Assembly: GCA_020184695.1 (NCBI GenBank)
Contig: JAANOX010000241.1
Coordinates: forward strand, 248,001-312,000
Reading direction: 5' to 3'
DNA: 64,000 bases
Source of the DNA: Histomonas meleagridis 2922-C6/04-290x
Taxonomy: Eukaryota > Protista > Parabasalia
The position numbers and the translations under genes were made by a program. Below the pieces are notes generated by a model. The model saw only the letters and a program-made list of their open reading frames with translations, was not told where the DNA came from and did not search any database. Below, piece by piece: positions 53,801-64,000 of this stretch. Positions within the stretch are counted from its first letter, which is position 1; each line of letters begins with the position of its first letter.

Positions 53801-54789
53801 TCAACTACAAATTCTTTTGTCATATCTGGTGATGAAAACCCTTTAAGAGATAAAACACATCCCTTTTTAAGAGTTAATCGATATCTTTTGATATAAGTTA
53901 CATCATCAGGAATATTAATTGCAAAGTTTTCAAGTTGAGTTCGTCCGACCAAAAAGACCCCAACATTAATATTAACCGTAAATATTTTTATCGGTATCAT
54001 TGCAATTGTAAATCTCATTCCTTCTCCAATTGGAATAGGCGATGGACGTTTATAATCTACTTTCTTAGCTTGAACACCAGCAGCTAATTTTACAACAAGG
54101 GATGAATCAAGTTCAAGTTGTGCATTAAAAGCTCCTGTCTTCTTAAGTAAAAATGATGCTTCAGCATTACCATACAAGCCTCCAAATAGTTTAATTTTAT
54201 CTTTAACTATTTCTTCAGGAAGTCCTATCTCTTTTGGCATATCTTTTTTCTCATCCCAGTTATATCCACTTTTGGCATAACATCGACTTCCAAAAGGTTT
54301 TCCATAACTTTGACAGTCATACTGGAGATTTGAAGATGGCATTCTTATCTCAAATAAATTAAAAACAGCCATGAATTCAGTTTTTGCCACTGAAAAAATT
54401 GTAACTTCTCCATCATCTGCAACCTTTTGTGAAAGAGTAAACATATCATTTGCTGTATCAGAAACATATGTCGACTTTTCTGTGAGAATTGCTTGTCCAA
54501 TGGAGGTTGAACGATCTGCTATCAAAGCAACATATTTTAAATCATCACTAATTGCAGATCCTTCAAGTTCTTTTACAGTAACTCCGAACAATGGATAAAG
54601 AACAGATCCGTTAAAAGTATCTGAAATATATGGTTTCTCAGGGGTAATTGCATTTTCGAAATCTGCTTCTGAGAGCACACGCTTTCGTTTTTCTGCTTTT
54701 GCTCTATCTGCTAACTTCGTAAATTGTGAAGGGATATAGTAATATGGTTCGCATAATGATAAAGAAATGAAAAGATACCAAAACAACAT
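50887..54789 (-). CDS. Large predicted surface/secreted protein of unknown family
   Basis: Signal peptide MLFWYLFISLSLC from ATG 54789; ~1300 aa, beta-rich; C-terminal hydrophobic segment IPIIGWIIIGFGILMVF directly before the stop. Confidence 0.8.
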   Translation of the reverse strand: MLFWYLFISLSLCEPYYYIPSQFTKLADRAKAEKRKRVLSEADFENAITPEKPYISDTFNGSVLYPLFGVTVKELEGSAISDDLKYVALIADRSTSIGQAILTEKSTYVSDTANDMFTLSQKVADDGEVTIFSVAKTEFMAVFNLFEIRMPSSNLQYDCQSYGKPFGSRCYAKSGYNWDEKKDMPKEIGLPEEIVKDKIKLFGGLYGNAEASFLLKKTGAFNAQLELDSSLVVKLAAGVQAKKVDYKRPSPIPIGEGMRFTIAMIPIKIFTVNINVGVFLVGRTQLENFAINIPDDVTYIKRYRLTLKKGCVLSLKGFSSPDMTKEFVVDYIDQDGNILDTKPELKVSIEGDLSISLGIRVEANISSFLDGKLYVEAGAKAGLKLKFGIDTTKCTSPALYGSLTPYVKSYLTAGGELSLFGIKVIDGTKWQTAHEKLIWEKQIGDEDGTCLFDPLTSNELDDELKSKEARTRYIVKVSNPVYHKEDNLDYQIKITAKNLTTQQSQVKYYTFSKQNGYTDCYIYMEKTDSYNEFTIKSYNLDTEVVISNEDIMKTYNYNDEDIGFTIELKETSPITKIGTQFIWNDINGYYSYNTVNPSSNKYKTMALIIHSNVTGYTSSYNNYHMMDEYYDDEQTNVYNIKMWKKLTLTEVTTKDTTKCNSKYRITQMHNNLRYRVADATGCTQGTSKISFPVITYQIPKIDPGNSEAVSLKLNFKIDDITKEVNIKNSELGKETFTIQIDETYSMTFNVENFEDVEYLTELSDSYIGSLQPYEKLAGVICRLFEPIYDTGDYKRDSFRGEQIDLSLSFEEGESYGVIRYLFNGDGYDFSHLYLLINLPNIQPLVSEPINLDQEHIYLIKLQEGLTLFKTNPNDQTNKDYDIVIPFRRRDKSKQTLQVTFYTIFQTPDNNDMKPHCSEFPIFTVPAKSNVYFGCLKPYSSSKEYVENKWKYYVTPSENVVLKREMLPSLSSGSFNKLIRMNSETTSTTINSITVAMKQDYINLTEDSRQLAIDDATIKNIHQYMKNENAIYVKCDRCDSIYIDDVPKGTHILREGDIFQIYTNDYTTGFTILAYCTENTSVNCIFPLDISKHGTVLLKYNQLESSTGDPGVEEFFDWNKEGEIQSNRLMVGCKQQIMKPRSDTIYGSKNWKGSVDASISNIETNHISITLSRESVNKMSTLTMKSGETIIPFSSQVYANSDDNTLKTYFNEIGITLDKTKQQISEAKDDFRIDEEGRIIVKDDYFNKDTIKKNIKDGKQIHFLELNKEYYTMTYSAGLKICGIPIIGWIIIGFGILMVFN

Positions 54790-55624
54790 GAAAAAATAAA
54801 TGATATGGCATTTTTTTTCAAAAACTGGCATTTTCTAAGATTATGACAAAAAATTTATTCAATTTTCAAAGTGTGATGAGGAGTTTTTCTGTATGTCGTT
54901 TCCATCACTGATTCAATTCTTGAAAATAGTCAAAATTAAATTGGGTTAAAATAATTAATAATTAACTTCGTTTGCGCTAACACAAGAATTCCCATAATAA
55001 GATCTAATAGACAATTTTCATTTAAAAATTTGATTTTCCAAAAGAAAAAATTTATGGATATTGTTTACATCTATCAACATTAATAATCATTATGTAAATA
55101 AAGTTAATATAATTGAAAATATAATATTGTAAAAATTAAAGCAGTTTCATTAATTATTTCAATAAATTTTTTTAATAATTTTATCAATACTAAATAAAAA
55201 AACATTCATTGAAGGAGTGAAAAACTGCCTGAAACTTGCCTACTAATAAGATTGTCATTCATAGAAGCTTTTTTCAACCTATAATAAAAGCATATATAAG
55301 AACAACAAGTTTAGCGAATAAATATGAAGTAATATCATTGTATTTTATGCATTATGCCTTTTTTGAAGAATCTATCGTTTAAAGTTGTTTTTGACATCTT
55401 TCGTAATGATGTAAATGCAAAAGTTAAAATTTTCCGAACTTTATGCAGCAAATGCCTTCCAGTGTAAAAATTAATTTTTTTCCAGACAATTCTTTGTACA
55501 TGTTGGTTTACAGTTTTCACTCCATTCTTCTGTACTTTTGGGATAAACCATACAAACACCGAATGTCAGCTAAAAGTGACATTTTGCTGTTTTTGCGATA
55601 TGACCATATAAAAATTCAAAAAAA

Positions 55625-55900
55625 TTAGTGGATGATGATTTCCTGACGAGGGGCATCCCAGCGAAACCGCCATCATTTTCCTCATTTTTTAACAAATATC
55701 AATACTTTACAAAAAATTGTATGAGAATCCTATCGTACCGTCGTGAGGGGTGAAAAAGTAGATCGGATTCCCAATTCTTGTTTCCACCACATCTCGACGG
55801 TACTATACAAAGGAAAAACAATGAGCTCCGAGACGATTGATCTGCACTCCCAGTAAAAATTTCAATACACAGGAAGTAGCAACACGGTAGTTTAGATTTT
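55625..55900. ncRNA. Candidate structured non-coding RNA (family unassigned)
   Basis: GC-richer island in an AT-rich intergenic region; perfect 9-bp stem GTACCGTCG/CGACGGTAC closing a long hairpin (~55724-55807); further stems on both sides. No credible ATG ORF. Confidence 0.35.
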
Positions 55901-56232
55901 TGAAATTTACTCAAGTTTATATCTGTGGCTACTAATTTCCGATATTAACATTATATGGAAAAAACAAGGTTTTAAATTTTTCTTCATTTTAGCAATTTCC
56001 AATGTATGAGACCCACAAAGGCGTCACTACCACTGCTAAACGCAACAAAAGCAAAATCTGTCACAAAAAGTTATCGATAACTTGATTGAAACAGAGTTCT
56101 TTACATTTTTTTGAATTTAACCTACGACTGTTTGTTTATTCTAACGTTTCCTATTTTAGAACATTTTAAGAAAATAATTTATTTATATATCTACGAATTT
56201 ATTCACAATTCCAAGGCAACTTCTTTCGCATT

Positions 56233-57393
56233 TTACTGGTGTTGTATTATGTCGAACATATCACTTCTCAAATGTAGTGCGGCCAACGCTTCGCCAACCC
56301 CTAAAATGAACAAATTTTTCTGTTCTGCAGAGGGGCACCCCAAAAAAGTGACAATTTCTCTTTTTTGTTCATCGTAAAAAGCGCTCATTGAGTATGTTCT
56401 TGGAATCATGAACATACCCAAGTCGTTAATAGTTCCATCCACGGCAGATAAAGATGTTCCATCTGGTAGAATATGGAAGACAAACCATCTCATTTTTGTT
56501 AAGTCAATTGCATACAAAAAAGTTGTTGGAGTTGCCGATTTCCCTCCAATAAACATTAAATAGGTATCAAAATGTACCATCGTAGCATCAAGAAGAGTAG
56601 GAGATGGCTCTGGTCCAGTTGTTGGAAGTGTTTCGATAGATCTGTCAGACATATTAATTACAAGTAAACCACCCGTTTTAGATGACCCATATATATAAAC
56701 AAGATTACCAACAGTTTCGTATGCAGAATTACTACGGCCCATAACATCATTAGGAAGCATTTCCCATGTTAATGTTTGGAGATCTAAAATATAAAGATCA
56801 GAGGGCCATGTACCGTTGTAACCTCCCCAGAGGAATATTTGATTGTTAAAAACCGAAAGAACAAAAGAACTTCGAGGAGTTGGAATAGCTCCAATTGTTT
56901 CAATAATTTGAGTAAGACCTGTATCAAGATTAATGGAATAAATATCATTATAATAATTAAGACCATTAACACCACCAATTACAAAAAGAATGTTTTCTAT
57001 TGCAACGGCACGTGAACCTGATCTTGGTGAAATTGGAATTCCTGATAAAACAAAATTAGACCATTGTCTAGTTCCTTTATGAAGGAACCAAACATCATTG
57101 AGATTATTTCCGTTTTCATCAATTCCAAATCCGATTATTGTCGAATTTTTATATTCAGAATAACATTGAAATTGTCCCGTTCTAGACACAGGAGCAATAG
57201 GTGAATCTGTTTGTTCAAGAGACCAAACTCCAGAAAAAAATGTTTTTACAATATGACTTCTTCGATTTCGTTGTAATGACTGTGCTGTTGGATTATTTTC
57301 TTTTTCTTTCTCGTTGTTAAGACGGATGCCACTCATAGGAACGTATACATCTGAGAAATTCGTGCTTGTAGGCGAGCTGACATCGCTACCCAT
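56233..57393 (-). CDS. Kelch-repeat beta-propeller protein
   Basis: MGS start at 57393; repeats SRTGQF...IIGFG, PRSGSRA...LFVIGG, PRSSF...IFLWGG, YLMFIGG. Confidence 0.88.
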   Translation of the reverse strand: MGSDVSSPTSTNFSDVYVPMSGIRLNNEKEKENNPTAQSLQRNRRSHIVKTFFSGVWSLEQTDSPIAPVSRTGQFQCYSEYKNSTIIGFGIDENGNNLNDVWFLHKGTRQWSNFVLSGIPISPRSGSRAVAIENILFVIGGVNGLNYYNDIYSINLDTGLTQIIETIGAIPTPRSSFVLSVFNNQIFLWGGYNGTWPSDLYILDLQTLTWEMLPNDVMGRSNSAYETVGNLVYIYGSSKTGGLLVINMSDRSIETLPTTGPEPSPTLLDATMVHFDTYLMFIGGKSATPTTFLYAIDLTKMRWFVFHILPDGTSLSAVDGTINDLGMFMIPRTYSMSAFYDEQKREIVTFLGCPSAEQKNLFILGVGEALAALHLRSDMFDIIQHQ

Positions 57394-57528
57394 TCTCTGA
57401 GAGGAACAAAGAATGTTCAAACAATTAACGGTCGACAAAAAGTACAATTATTCTAAAATATTTATAAACAACAGAATTTTTGTTCCCGCTACTGAAAAAG
57501 TTGATTATCCGTTTTTTAGATTATACGA

Positions 57529-58761
57529 ATGAGCATTAGAATTTCAGAAGCAGAAGATGTCAGCATGGAAGATTCCCTTATATTCTCCAACGGAAGTGAT
57601 TCTATGTCAATGTTTCAAATTGTTGTATTATTATCCTGTTCATTTTTATGCGGGTCAATTTTAAAATTTCCAAAACTTTATAAATGTGGATATATTCTTG
57701 CACCTATAATTAATCTAATAATGTGTTTTCTATCATGGCTAGCATCATATCTTATAATATATATAATTTCATTTTACAAACTACCAACAATTGAATTAAT
57801 TTGGCAACGTAAATGGCCAAAATCAAGACCTGTTGTTTGTGTTCTTTTTGCTCTTATTGCCATTGGCTTTTGTTTATCATATTTTTATTCACTATATCAT
57901 ACATATGCTAGTTTTTTACAAATGTACATGTCTGAGCCTCCATGGTATTTAACGGACCATTGGATTTTCAGCATTGTAATTATTCTTGTATTTTTTTCAT
58001 ATGTTGCCACTAATCAAAAGATCACGATCATTTCCATTATTATGTTTATAAAGCTTATACCACTTGCTTTTTTAATTATCACCGAAATTTACTTTTTAGT
58101 CAAACATCCTGAAGCACGACCTCAACTTGTTGCATTTAATTCCGATTTCAACACCATAATTTCATGTATCTGTGGTCATTTTGATAATTATTTCACTCAT
58201 ATTATCATGATACCATTTGTATCACGTCTAAAAGATTTTACATTTCGTCGAGCACGTCGAATGATATTATTTGTTTATGTTATAGTTTTTATTGTCTCAT
58301 TATTATTTGGGATTATTCCCTATTTAACATATGGAAATCAAATTACAAATGATTCTATTCTTGACGAATATCCTAAAAACGACATAATGACAGTGATAGC
58401 TGATGCGATGTATCTAATAATGATATTAATGTCAACTGTAATATTACTTTATCCGGGACAAACTTCATTGTTAAGTATTAGAAGACCTTTAATGAAATAT
58501 GATAAAATCTCATGGTCAACAATGGGAATTTGTTTCTTGGTTCTGTCAATGTGTTTATCAATATTCTCCGGGTTAACATTCACCGTAATTATGTTCGTGG
58601 TCACCGTCCTTTCTTGTCTATACCAGTTTTTGATGCCTGTAGTTTTGATCCTTGCTTCAAAGGGTTTAAAGAGATCTGTGATGTTGAATATAGCAATTGT
58701 TTTTATGGTAATTGTTTGTGTGGCAATGTTGGTGTTCACCATTAAAAACACTTTTTTCTGA
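57529..58761 (+). CDS. Amino-acid transporter (Aa_trans/AAAP family)
   Basis: About 11 TM segments; SFLCGSILKFP, IIPYLTYGNQITNDSILDEYP, QFLMP. Confidence 0.8.
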   Translation: MSIRISEAEDVSMEDSLIFSNGSDSMSMFQIVVLLSCSFLCGSILKFPKLYKCGYILAPIINLIMCFLSWLASYLIIYIISFYKLPTIELIWQRKWPKSRPVVCVLFALIAIGFCLSYFYSLYHTYASFLQMYMSEPPWYLTDHWIFSIVIILVFFSYVATNQKITIISIIMFIKLIPLAFLIITEIYFLVKHPEARPQLVAFNSDFNTIISCICGHFDNYFTHIIMIPFVSRLKDFTFRRARRMILFVYVIVFIVSLLFGIIPYLTYGNQITNDSILDEYPKNDIMTVIADAMYLIMILMSTVILLYPGQTSLLSIRRPLMKYDKISWSTMGICFLVLSMCLSIFSGLTFTVIMFVVTVLSCLYQFLMPVVLILASKGLKRSVMLNIAIVFMVIVCVAMLVFTIKNTFF

Positions 58762-59289
58762 TGTAAAAAATATTTTTTATTTATTTTTAAATCTAAAATA
58801 GTGCAACAGAATTAATTCCAATTGGTCAAACATTGCCAATGAGGAAATATAGCCAAAATAAATAGCTTCATCGTGATCTTTTAACAAATTCATGAAATGA
58901 TAAACTGATTATAATGATTACGAGTACCGTCCAAAAACAATATGAATTAAATCAAATAGACAAGTATTGCAATATATGTTAATATTTTTATTAAACTTTA
59001 AGAATTTTGGTGATTTCTGAAATTTTATTTTACCAAGAAATAAGGATGGATAGGGATTTTTCGAGTGACTCAATTAAAAACTTTTTTTTTTTTGCAGTAA
59101 TGTTTCACTTTTCTGATTCAATACGATTTCCTGCATCAAAAAGCATCTAAACAAAAATTTGGTCTTTTTTTTTTTTTTTTTATATAATATTTAAGTGATA
59201 TATGTTTGCGTTTATTAAGAGTTGATTATAATTTGCCTTTTAAAATTGGTGCACCCTAAAAAACATTTCAAAATATGCCATAAATCAAA

Positions 59290-59308
59290 AAAGTGACATA
59301 AAATCATT
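59290..59308 (+). promoter_or_regulatory. AAAGTGAC element plus Inr (TCATT) of the Rab gene
   Basis: AAAGTGAC at 59290-59297 and TCATT at 59304-59308, immediately before ATG 59312. Confidence 0.55.
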
Positions 59309-59311
59309 GCG

Positions 59312-59935
59312 ATGGAAAATGAAACCTACAAAATTGTCTTTCTTGGTGACAGTAATGTTGGAAAGACTGCCATTTTAAACCGCTATTGCCTAGACATTTT
59401 TGAAGAGGAATCAACTCCAACTGTTGGATTTCAATACAAAATAAAGCATATAAACATAAACGGAAAAAACATCAGATTATTGATTTGGGACACCGCAGGA
59501 AGCGAAAAATACAGGGCTCTTACAATGCATTACTATCGAAAGGTTGATGGAGCTTTTTTCGTTTATGACGTCAATGATGTTGATACCTTTGAGAATATAG
59601 ACAAATTTTGGTTTGAACAGCTTCAACAAAACACAGATTCACTTCACTATGAAGTAATAATTGTTGGAAATAAAACTGATATTCGAGACTTATCAAACCC
59701 AGAAAAGGTGGTATCAACAGAGCAAGGAAAAGAACTTGCGCAAAAGCATTCATCACTTTTTATTGAAACAAGTGCTAAAACAGGCAGTTTTGTCGGAGAA
59801 GCGTTTGTAGAACTGGTAAGCAGAATCATTGAAAACAGGGAGCAAATGGAGGAGGAAGAAAAAGAACAAACAGATTTGATTGATCTAAAGAAAGTAACTG
59901 AGCCTGAACAAAAGGGTAATGGATGTTTTTGCTAA
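59312..59935 (+). CDS. Rab family GTPase
   Basis: GDSNVGKT, WDTAGSEKYRA, VGNKTD, FIETSAK and a CXC prenylation end (CFC). Confidence 0.95.
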   Translation: MENETYKIVFLGDSNVGKTAILNRYCLDIFEEESTPTVGFQYKIKHININGKNIRLLIWDTAGSEKYRALTMHYYRKVDGAFFVYDVNDVDTFENIDKFWFEQLQQNTDSLHYEVIIVGNKTDIRDLSNPEKVVSTEQGKELAQKHSSLFIETSAKTGSFVGEAFVELVSRIIENREQMEEEEKEQTDLIDLKKVTEPEQKGNGCFC

Positions 59936-60287
59936 TTTCTTGAATAAACAGATTTAAGCAATTCATTTTTAGAAGATTTTAGAAAATAAATTAATTTATA
60001 ACATATTAAAATTTCTTTGATCAAAGATCTTGATTCCTTTGACATACATTCAGTAAAGAGTTTTGTGTCTAAAACACTAAGAAAACATTTGTTTTTTTGT
60101 TTCTTTAGTGTAAATTTTTATACTATTTTATTTTGTCATTACTAATCTTTTATCGTTTTACCGAAAAATGGATAAAGTTCTGAAATTCTCGACTTTTTGA
60201 TAACGAATAACTTTGCTGAAATTCCGGTTTCTAATTTTTGATAGATTTACAATTTAGTAATTTTAATTAAATTTTTGACAAAAAGCA

Positions 60288-63200
60288 ATGCTTCCACCTG
60301 TTTCTATCCCTCCACCACAAGAAATCAACAATTGGAACACATTAAGTAAGCACCCAATTGTAGAAACAGTTTCTCGATCTGTCCCACTTGCCGAATTCAT
60401 TCGATATCCAAGTGAACAAGAATATAATCGGTATTTATCTAAAAAATCCGAACTACCAGCTTCCGAATGCATTGGAATGATTGAACAATTTTCCAAAAAC
60501 ATTAGTGTTATTGATTCTTTTTTAGCCAAATTTTATGCACTTCGTACTAAGTCACGTCCACTCCTTAGTTATATTGAAAAACTTAAACAGTCTAAAGGCA
60601 TCACAACGACACCACCAGAATTTCAATCATCACAAGCAAAAGCAGCTGCCAAATCTTTACTTGATCCATTACTTGATTTCCTTAAAGAAGAGCAAGAAGA
60701 ATGTCTTCAAATCTCGAAAGACATAGCTCGTTTATTTGCCAATGTTGATTTTTGGAAGAAAGGATTTTATGCCGATGTCTTAATAGACAAAATCTGTATA
60801 CTTTTATTCAAATTAACAGCGTTAGAGCAAATAGCTCCATCCAAGAAAGGTTTAGGGAATGATATTTCATCCTTTATGAAATTTGTTGATGATCCAAATT
60901 TATCCAAAGATGTCCAAATTGTCCGTATGTGGATAGCAGACACACGAGTAATCAGTAACACCATCTTAAATGAGCTTAAATCCATTAATGACTCACATCA
61001 CATGTTAAATCTTTTCAACATCTTCTATAAATACATTCGACAAAAACTTGATGAAGATGAATATATTGAACCTGATATGTTATATGCATATCTTAATGCA
61101 TTAATTTTCTTTTATCGAGTGTATGATAAGCAAGTTGAAAAAGAAGCAGCCGAGATGCAAAATGTTAAAAAGAAGAAACGAAAGTATATCTTCAAAGGTT
61201 TTTCAGATGATCATCGTTATCTAATGAAGCAATTAGTCACGAGTCATCCCAACCTATTATTATTCTTTGAGTTTGCTACTGATATAACATATAACATTCC
61301 TAAAGCAGCATTAGCAGAAGTTGGGCCCAAAGCAAATGTTACACCAGTACATCATAAGCAATTACCATTAGATGAATTATTAAAGCAATCACGCGTTAAC
61401 TTTAATGAATTATCTCATTTAATCACCAAGTTAATCTCAAATGAAAATTCTGCAATTGCTAGTGAAAAATTATTTAAGTTTTTACCGAAAGTATTACATC
61501 ATGTTTCATCTACATTAAATGCAGTCCGACAAAAACTTTCACAAGTATTAGCAAATCCACCAGCAGCACCGAATACTGAAGAAGGACAAAAGATGACACC
61601 ATTTGAACGATCTATGAAGATTGGCTTGACAAATGATTTGAACTTATTATTATTAACAATTTGTATATTACGAAGTACAAAAGAATTAATACAATTAAAT
61701 TTACCATTATTAATGAAATGTATTGGTAAATATATACAACAATATATACAAAACTTTGCATATAATAAAATCCCAGTCTCAATATTACGTAATGAGAAAA
61801 TCAAAACAACGTTTGGTGCAATCATGGAAAAGTTACGAAGTTTAATTGGTAATTTTAATGAAGAAGAATTTGAGGTTAAAGAGAAGAAGAAATATGGAAA
61901 GATTCGACCTAATTCTATAGATTGTTCACCACATATATCATTAATTGAATTATTACGAGTCCAATTACAAAACATTATTAATCCAGAAAGTGAATTTGTA
62001 ACAAAGGCTTCAATCTTTTCATCAATACCATTAAGTTCTGATGACAAAAAAGAATTTGAATTATTTTTAGAAGATTCGAAATATTTTATATATTTGTTAA
62101 AATTACCAGATACTATTGATATAGTATTTGATCAATCTAATTTATATTTTAAAGAACATTATTTAGGTTTACATGAAGTATCATTTTTCCCAGTAACTAC
62201 TTCATTACCAGTAATATTATCTGATTATGCAATTAAGAATTATCAAAACCCAGAATTAACTAATGCAATATTTTATCCATTAAGTATTTATGATGATGCA
62301 GCTTCATGTTCATTACGTTATTTAAAGTCTCAATTTATATATGAAGAAATTAAAGAAGAAGCAAAAATTTGTTTAATGACTATTGTCCGATTAATTACTG
62401 ATAGTGCATTTCATCCTATTAAACGATTTGCTTCTATACATTATTTAACTAATTCTATGAAAGATTTAATTACTAAAAAGTTATCGAATTCAAGTGCTTT
62501 ACAAGAAAGTGTCACCGCTATTAAAATTGGAAATATATTACAACAAAATCAATTATATTTATTAGGATGTCAAATTGATACTAAGACATTAATAGCAGAA
62601 CGTTTGAATGAAATCTTTGATCAAGAAATTACACGTATTATAGATTTAACAGAAAAGTTTGGAGTATTATCAATAATAATCATCACTAATTTATTAAAAA
62701 TATTAAAGAATACACATTCATTATTTTTACGATTTGGGTTACCTATAATGCCATTTGAAGATTTATTAAGTCGAGTTATGTCTACGGATACACCTAATTC
62801 ATTACAATCATTATTATTAGTTAATGTTAGTGATCATATGAATAATAATTTACTTAATGATTATTATTTGTTAAATTCACCAACACGATTAATCCCTAAG
62901 AAACAACCAAACATTGATATTGCAAATTTATATATTGGTAATATTGGTTATATAATTGCAGAAATCTATTTTAATTCATCAATGTTTGTAACCACTGAAA
63001 ACTTTCGAGAATTATTTTGGTTTTTAGAAGATGGTTCTATTACTATATTACATTCACAACTCTTAAATACATTAAATGAATTATGTGAAGAGTTTTTAAG
63101 TTATTATAAAATTATTCAAGCAAAACTTATTCGTATTAAAGATGCGCCAATTGGTTTAAGTTGTTATCAAGCATTTGATCGATTTGAAGGTGCATATCGA

Positions 63201-63920
63201 TATTTTGTTGGAGATCGAGATGTATTAAATATATTAAGTTGTATGTCACGTATTGGGAATTTATTTATTATCTGTAAAATGATTGATGAAGCTTATGAAT
63301 TAAAGAATATATCAACAAAAGAAATCGTAACTTTCTTATTAGGGAAAAACCCAATTAAATTACAAGAAAATGATATACATGCAACTGATATATATGAAAT
63401 ATTCGATAAACAATTCCAAGAATCAACTCAAAATTGGTTAAAGGAATTTAAATGGATGCCAAAGGATACCGAAGTAATTCATCCATTTTTATATATTACT
63501 TTGGAACATTTCACAAATTTCATTCAGTCAGCAAACGTTTTCAATGAAGTTTCTAATAATTTGTTGGATTTACAATCAATGAAAGGATTCGCAGCTTCTT
63601 GGTCTGTGTTGGAGTTCGTATATGAACTAATAGAAGCGTATAGAGAGAAAAACCCTTTGACACCCCAATCTGCTGTACAAGAGTATGGAGAAGGTGTACA
63701 ATTGTGCGCAGCAGCAATTTTGTTGATTACAAAGCAAAAGACGTTGTACGAGGTGCTGTCAATAGGAGGGAGAATAGAGGCTCACTTAGGAACTGACTTC
63801 AACAGCTTGAAGGAGGAAAGAGTGAAACGATTCGCAACGGTGCATAACTTCGTAAACTCGGCGCTGATGTTGTACGCATCAACGCTGGAGCCGATAATAG
63901 AAAACATCACTCAGAAATAA
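60288..63920 (+). CDS. CYFIP: CYFIP/Sra1/PIR121 (WAVE regulatory complex subunit)
   Basis: FPVTTSLPVIL and FYPLSIYDDAASCSLRYLKSQFIYEEIKEEAKIC match CYFIP (FPIEMSMPWIL; LYPLDLYNDSA..AL..FKKQFLYDEIEAE); length ~1200 aa. Confidence 0.88.
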   Translation: MLPPVSIPPPQEINNWNTLSKHPIVETVSRSVPLAEFIRYPSEQEYNRYLSKKSELPASECIGMIEQFSKNISVIDSFLAKFYALRTKSRPLLSYIEKLKQSKGITTTPPEFQSSQAKAAAKSLLDPLLDFLKEEQEECLQISKDIARLFANVDFWKKGFYADVLIDKICILLFKLTALEQIAPSKKGLGNDISSFMKFVDDPNLSKDVQIVRMWIADTRVISNTILNELKSINDSHHMLNLFNIFYKYIRQKLDEDEYIEPDMLYAYLNALIFFYRVYDKQVEKEAAEMQNVKKKKRKYIFKGFSDDHRYLMKQLVTSHPNLLLFFEFATDITYNIPKAALAEVGPKANVTPVHHKQLPLDELLKQSRVNFNELSHLITKLISNENSAIASEKLFKFLPKVLHHVSSTLNAVRQKLSQVLANPPAAPNTEEGQKMTPFERSMKIGLTNDLNLLLLTICILRSTKELIQLNLPLLMKCIGKYIQQYIQNFAYNKIPVSILRNEKIKTTFGAIMEKLRSLIGNFNEEEFEVKEKKKYGKIRPNSIDCSPHISLIELLRVQLQNIINPESEFVTKASIFSSIPLSSDDKKEFELFLEDSKYFIYLLKLPDTIDIVFDQSNLYFKEHYLGLHEVSFFPVTTSLPVILSDYAIKNYQNPELTNAIFYPLSIYDDAASCSLRYLKSQFIYEEIKEEAKICLMTIVRLITDSAFHPIKRFASIHYLTNSMKDLITKKLSNSSALQESVTAIKIGNILQQNQLYLLGCQIDTKTLIAERLNEIFDQEITRIIDLTEKFGVLSIIIITNLLKILKNTHSLFLRFGLPIMPFEDLLSRVMSTDTPNSLQSLLLVNVSDHMNNNLLNDYYLLNSPTRLIPKKQPNIDIANLYIGNIGYIIAEIYFNSSMFVTTENFRELFWFLEDGSITILHSQLLNTLNELCEEFLSYYKIIQAKLIRIKDAPIGLSCYQAFDRFEGAYRYFVGDRDVLNILSCMSRIGNLFIICKMIDEAYELKNISTKEIVTFLLGKNPIKLQENDIHATDIYEIFDKQFQESTQNWLKEFKWMPKDTEVIHPFLYITLEHFTNFIQSANVFNEVSNNLLDLQSMKGFAASWSVLEFVYELIEAYREKNPLTPQSAVQEYGEGVQLCAAAILLITKQKTLYEVLSIGGRIEAHLGTDFNSLKEERVKRFATVHNFVNSALMLYASTLEPIIENITQK

Positions 63921-64000
63921 TGAATGTCAAATGGCGGTTAATTAGTGAAACAAAGCTTTGAATTGACTAAATGCCGAACGTGAAATTGAATGTGGAAATG

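Noticed and set aside
55335-55628. Short ORFs upstream of the large surface-protein gene
   Set aside because: Overlapping short frames with no consistent start or domain.
55643-55666. Hammerhead ribozyme core (CTGACGAG...CGAAAC)
   Set aside because: Stem II is weak and no NUH cleavage triplet with pairable stems I and III was found on either side.

Overview
AT-rich, gene-dense eukaryotic genomic DNA. A parabasalid (Trichomonas/Tritrichomonas-like) origin is inferred from intron-less compact genes, a BspA-like LRR surface protein, an initiator-binding-domain (IBD) protein, DUF3447-ankyrin genes and trichomonad-type promoter motifs. About 35 protein genes can be supported, mostly housekeeping, trafficking or cytoskeletal: TAF12-like, MKS1, PDI-like, RRP41, HMG-box, VAMP7-like, UBC13-like, DnaJ-like, bromodomain, RapGAP, Arl, RPL27, RPB12 (missed by the ORF track), NOC2, SVP26/TEX261, Rho, Rab, Kelch, amino-acid transporter and CYFIP. 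The standout signal recurs at five separate ankyrin loci (6.6-7.6 kb, 21.6-23.0 kb, 24.1-26.1 kb, 26.4-26.9 kb, 39.4-40.0 kb). Intact 90-nt ankyrin coding modules are separated, always at the same position, by ~80-nt AT-rich spacers that break the frame. Ten of 11 complete spacers have length = 2 mod 3. They carry a GGA motif exactly 20 nt before the next module and lack GT-AG/branch-point signals that would restore the frame. This suggests an unrecognised non-canonical intron or translational-bypass system. The mechanism is inference and needs RNA or ribosome-profiling data. A structured non-coding island at 55.6-55.9 kb and a kinase-GBP-like fusion also merit a look.
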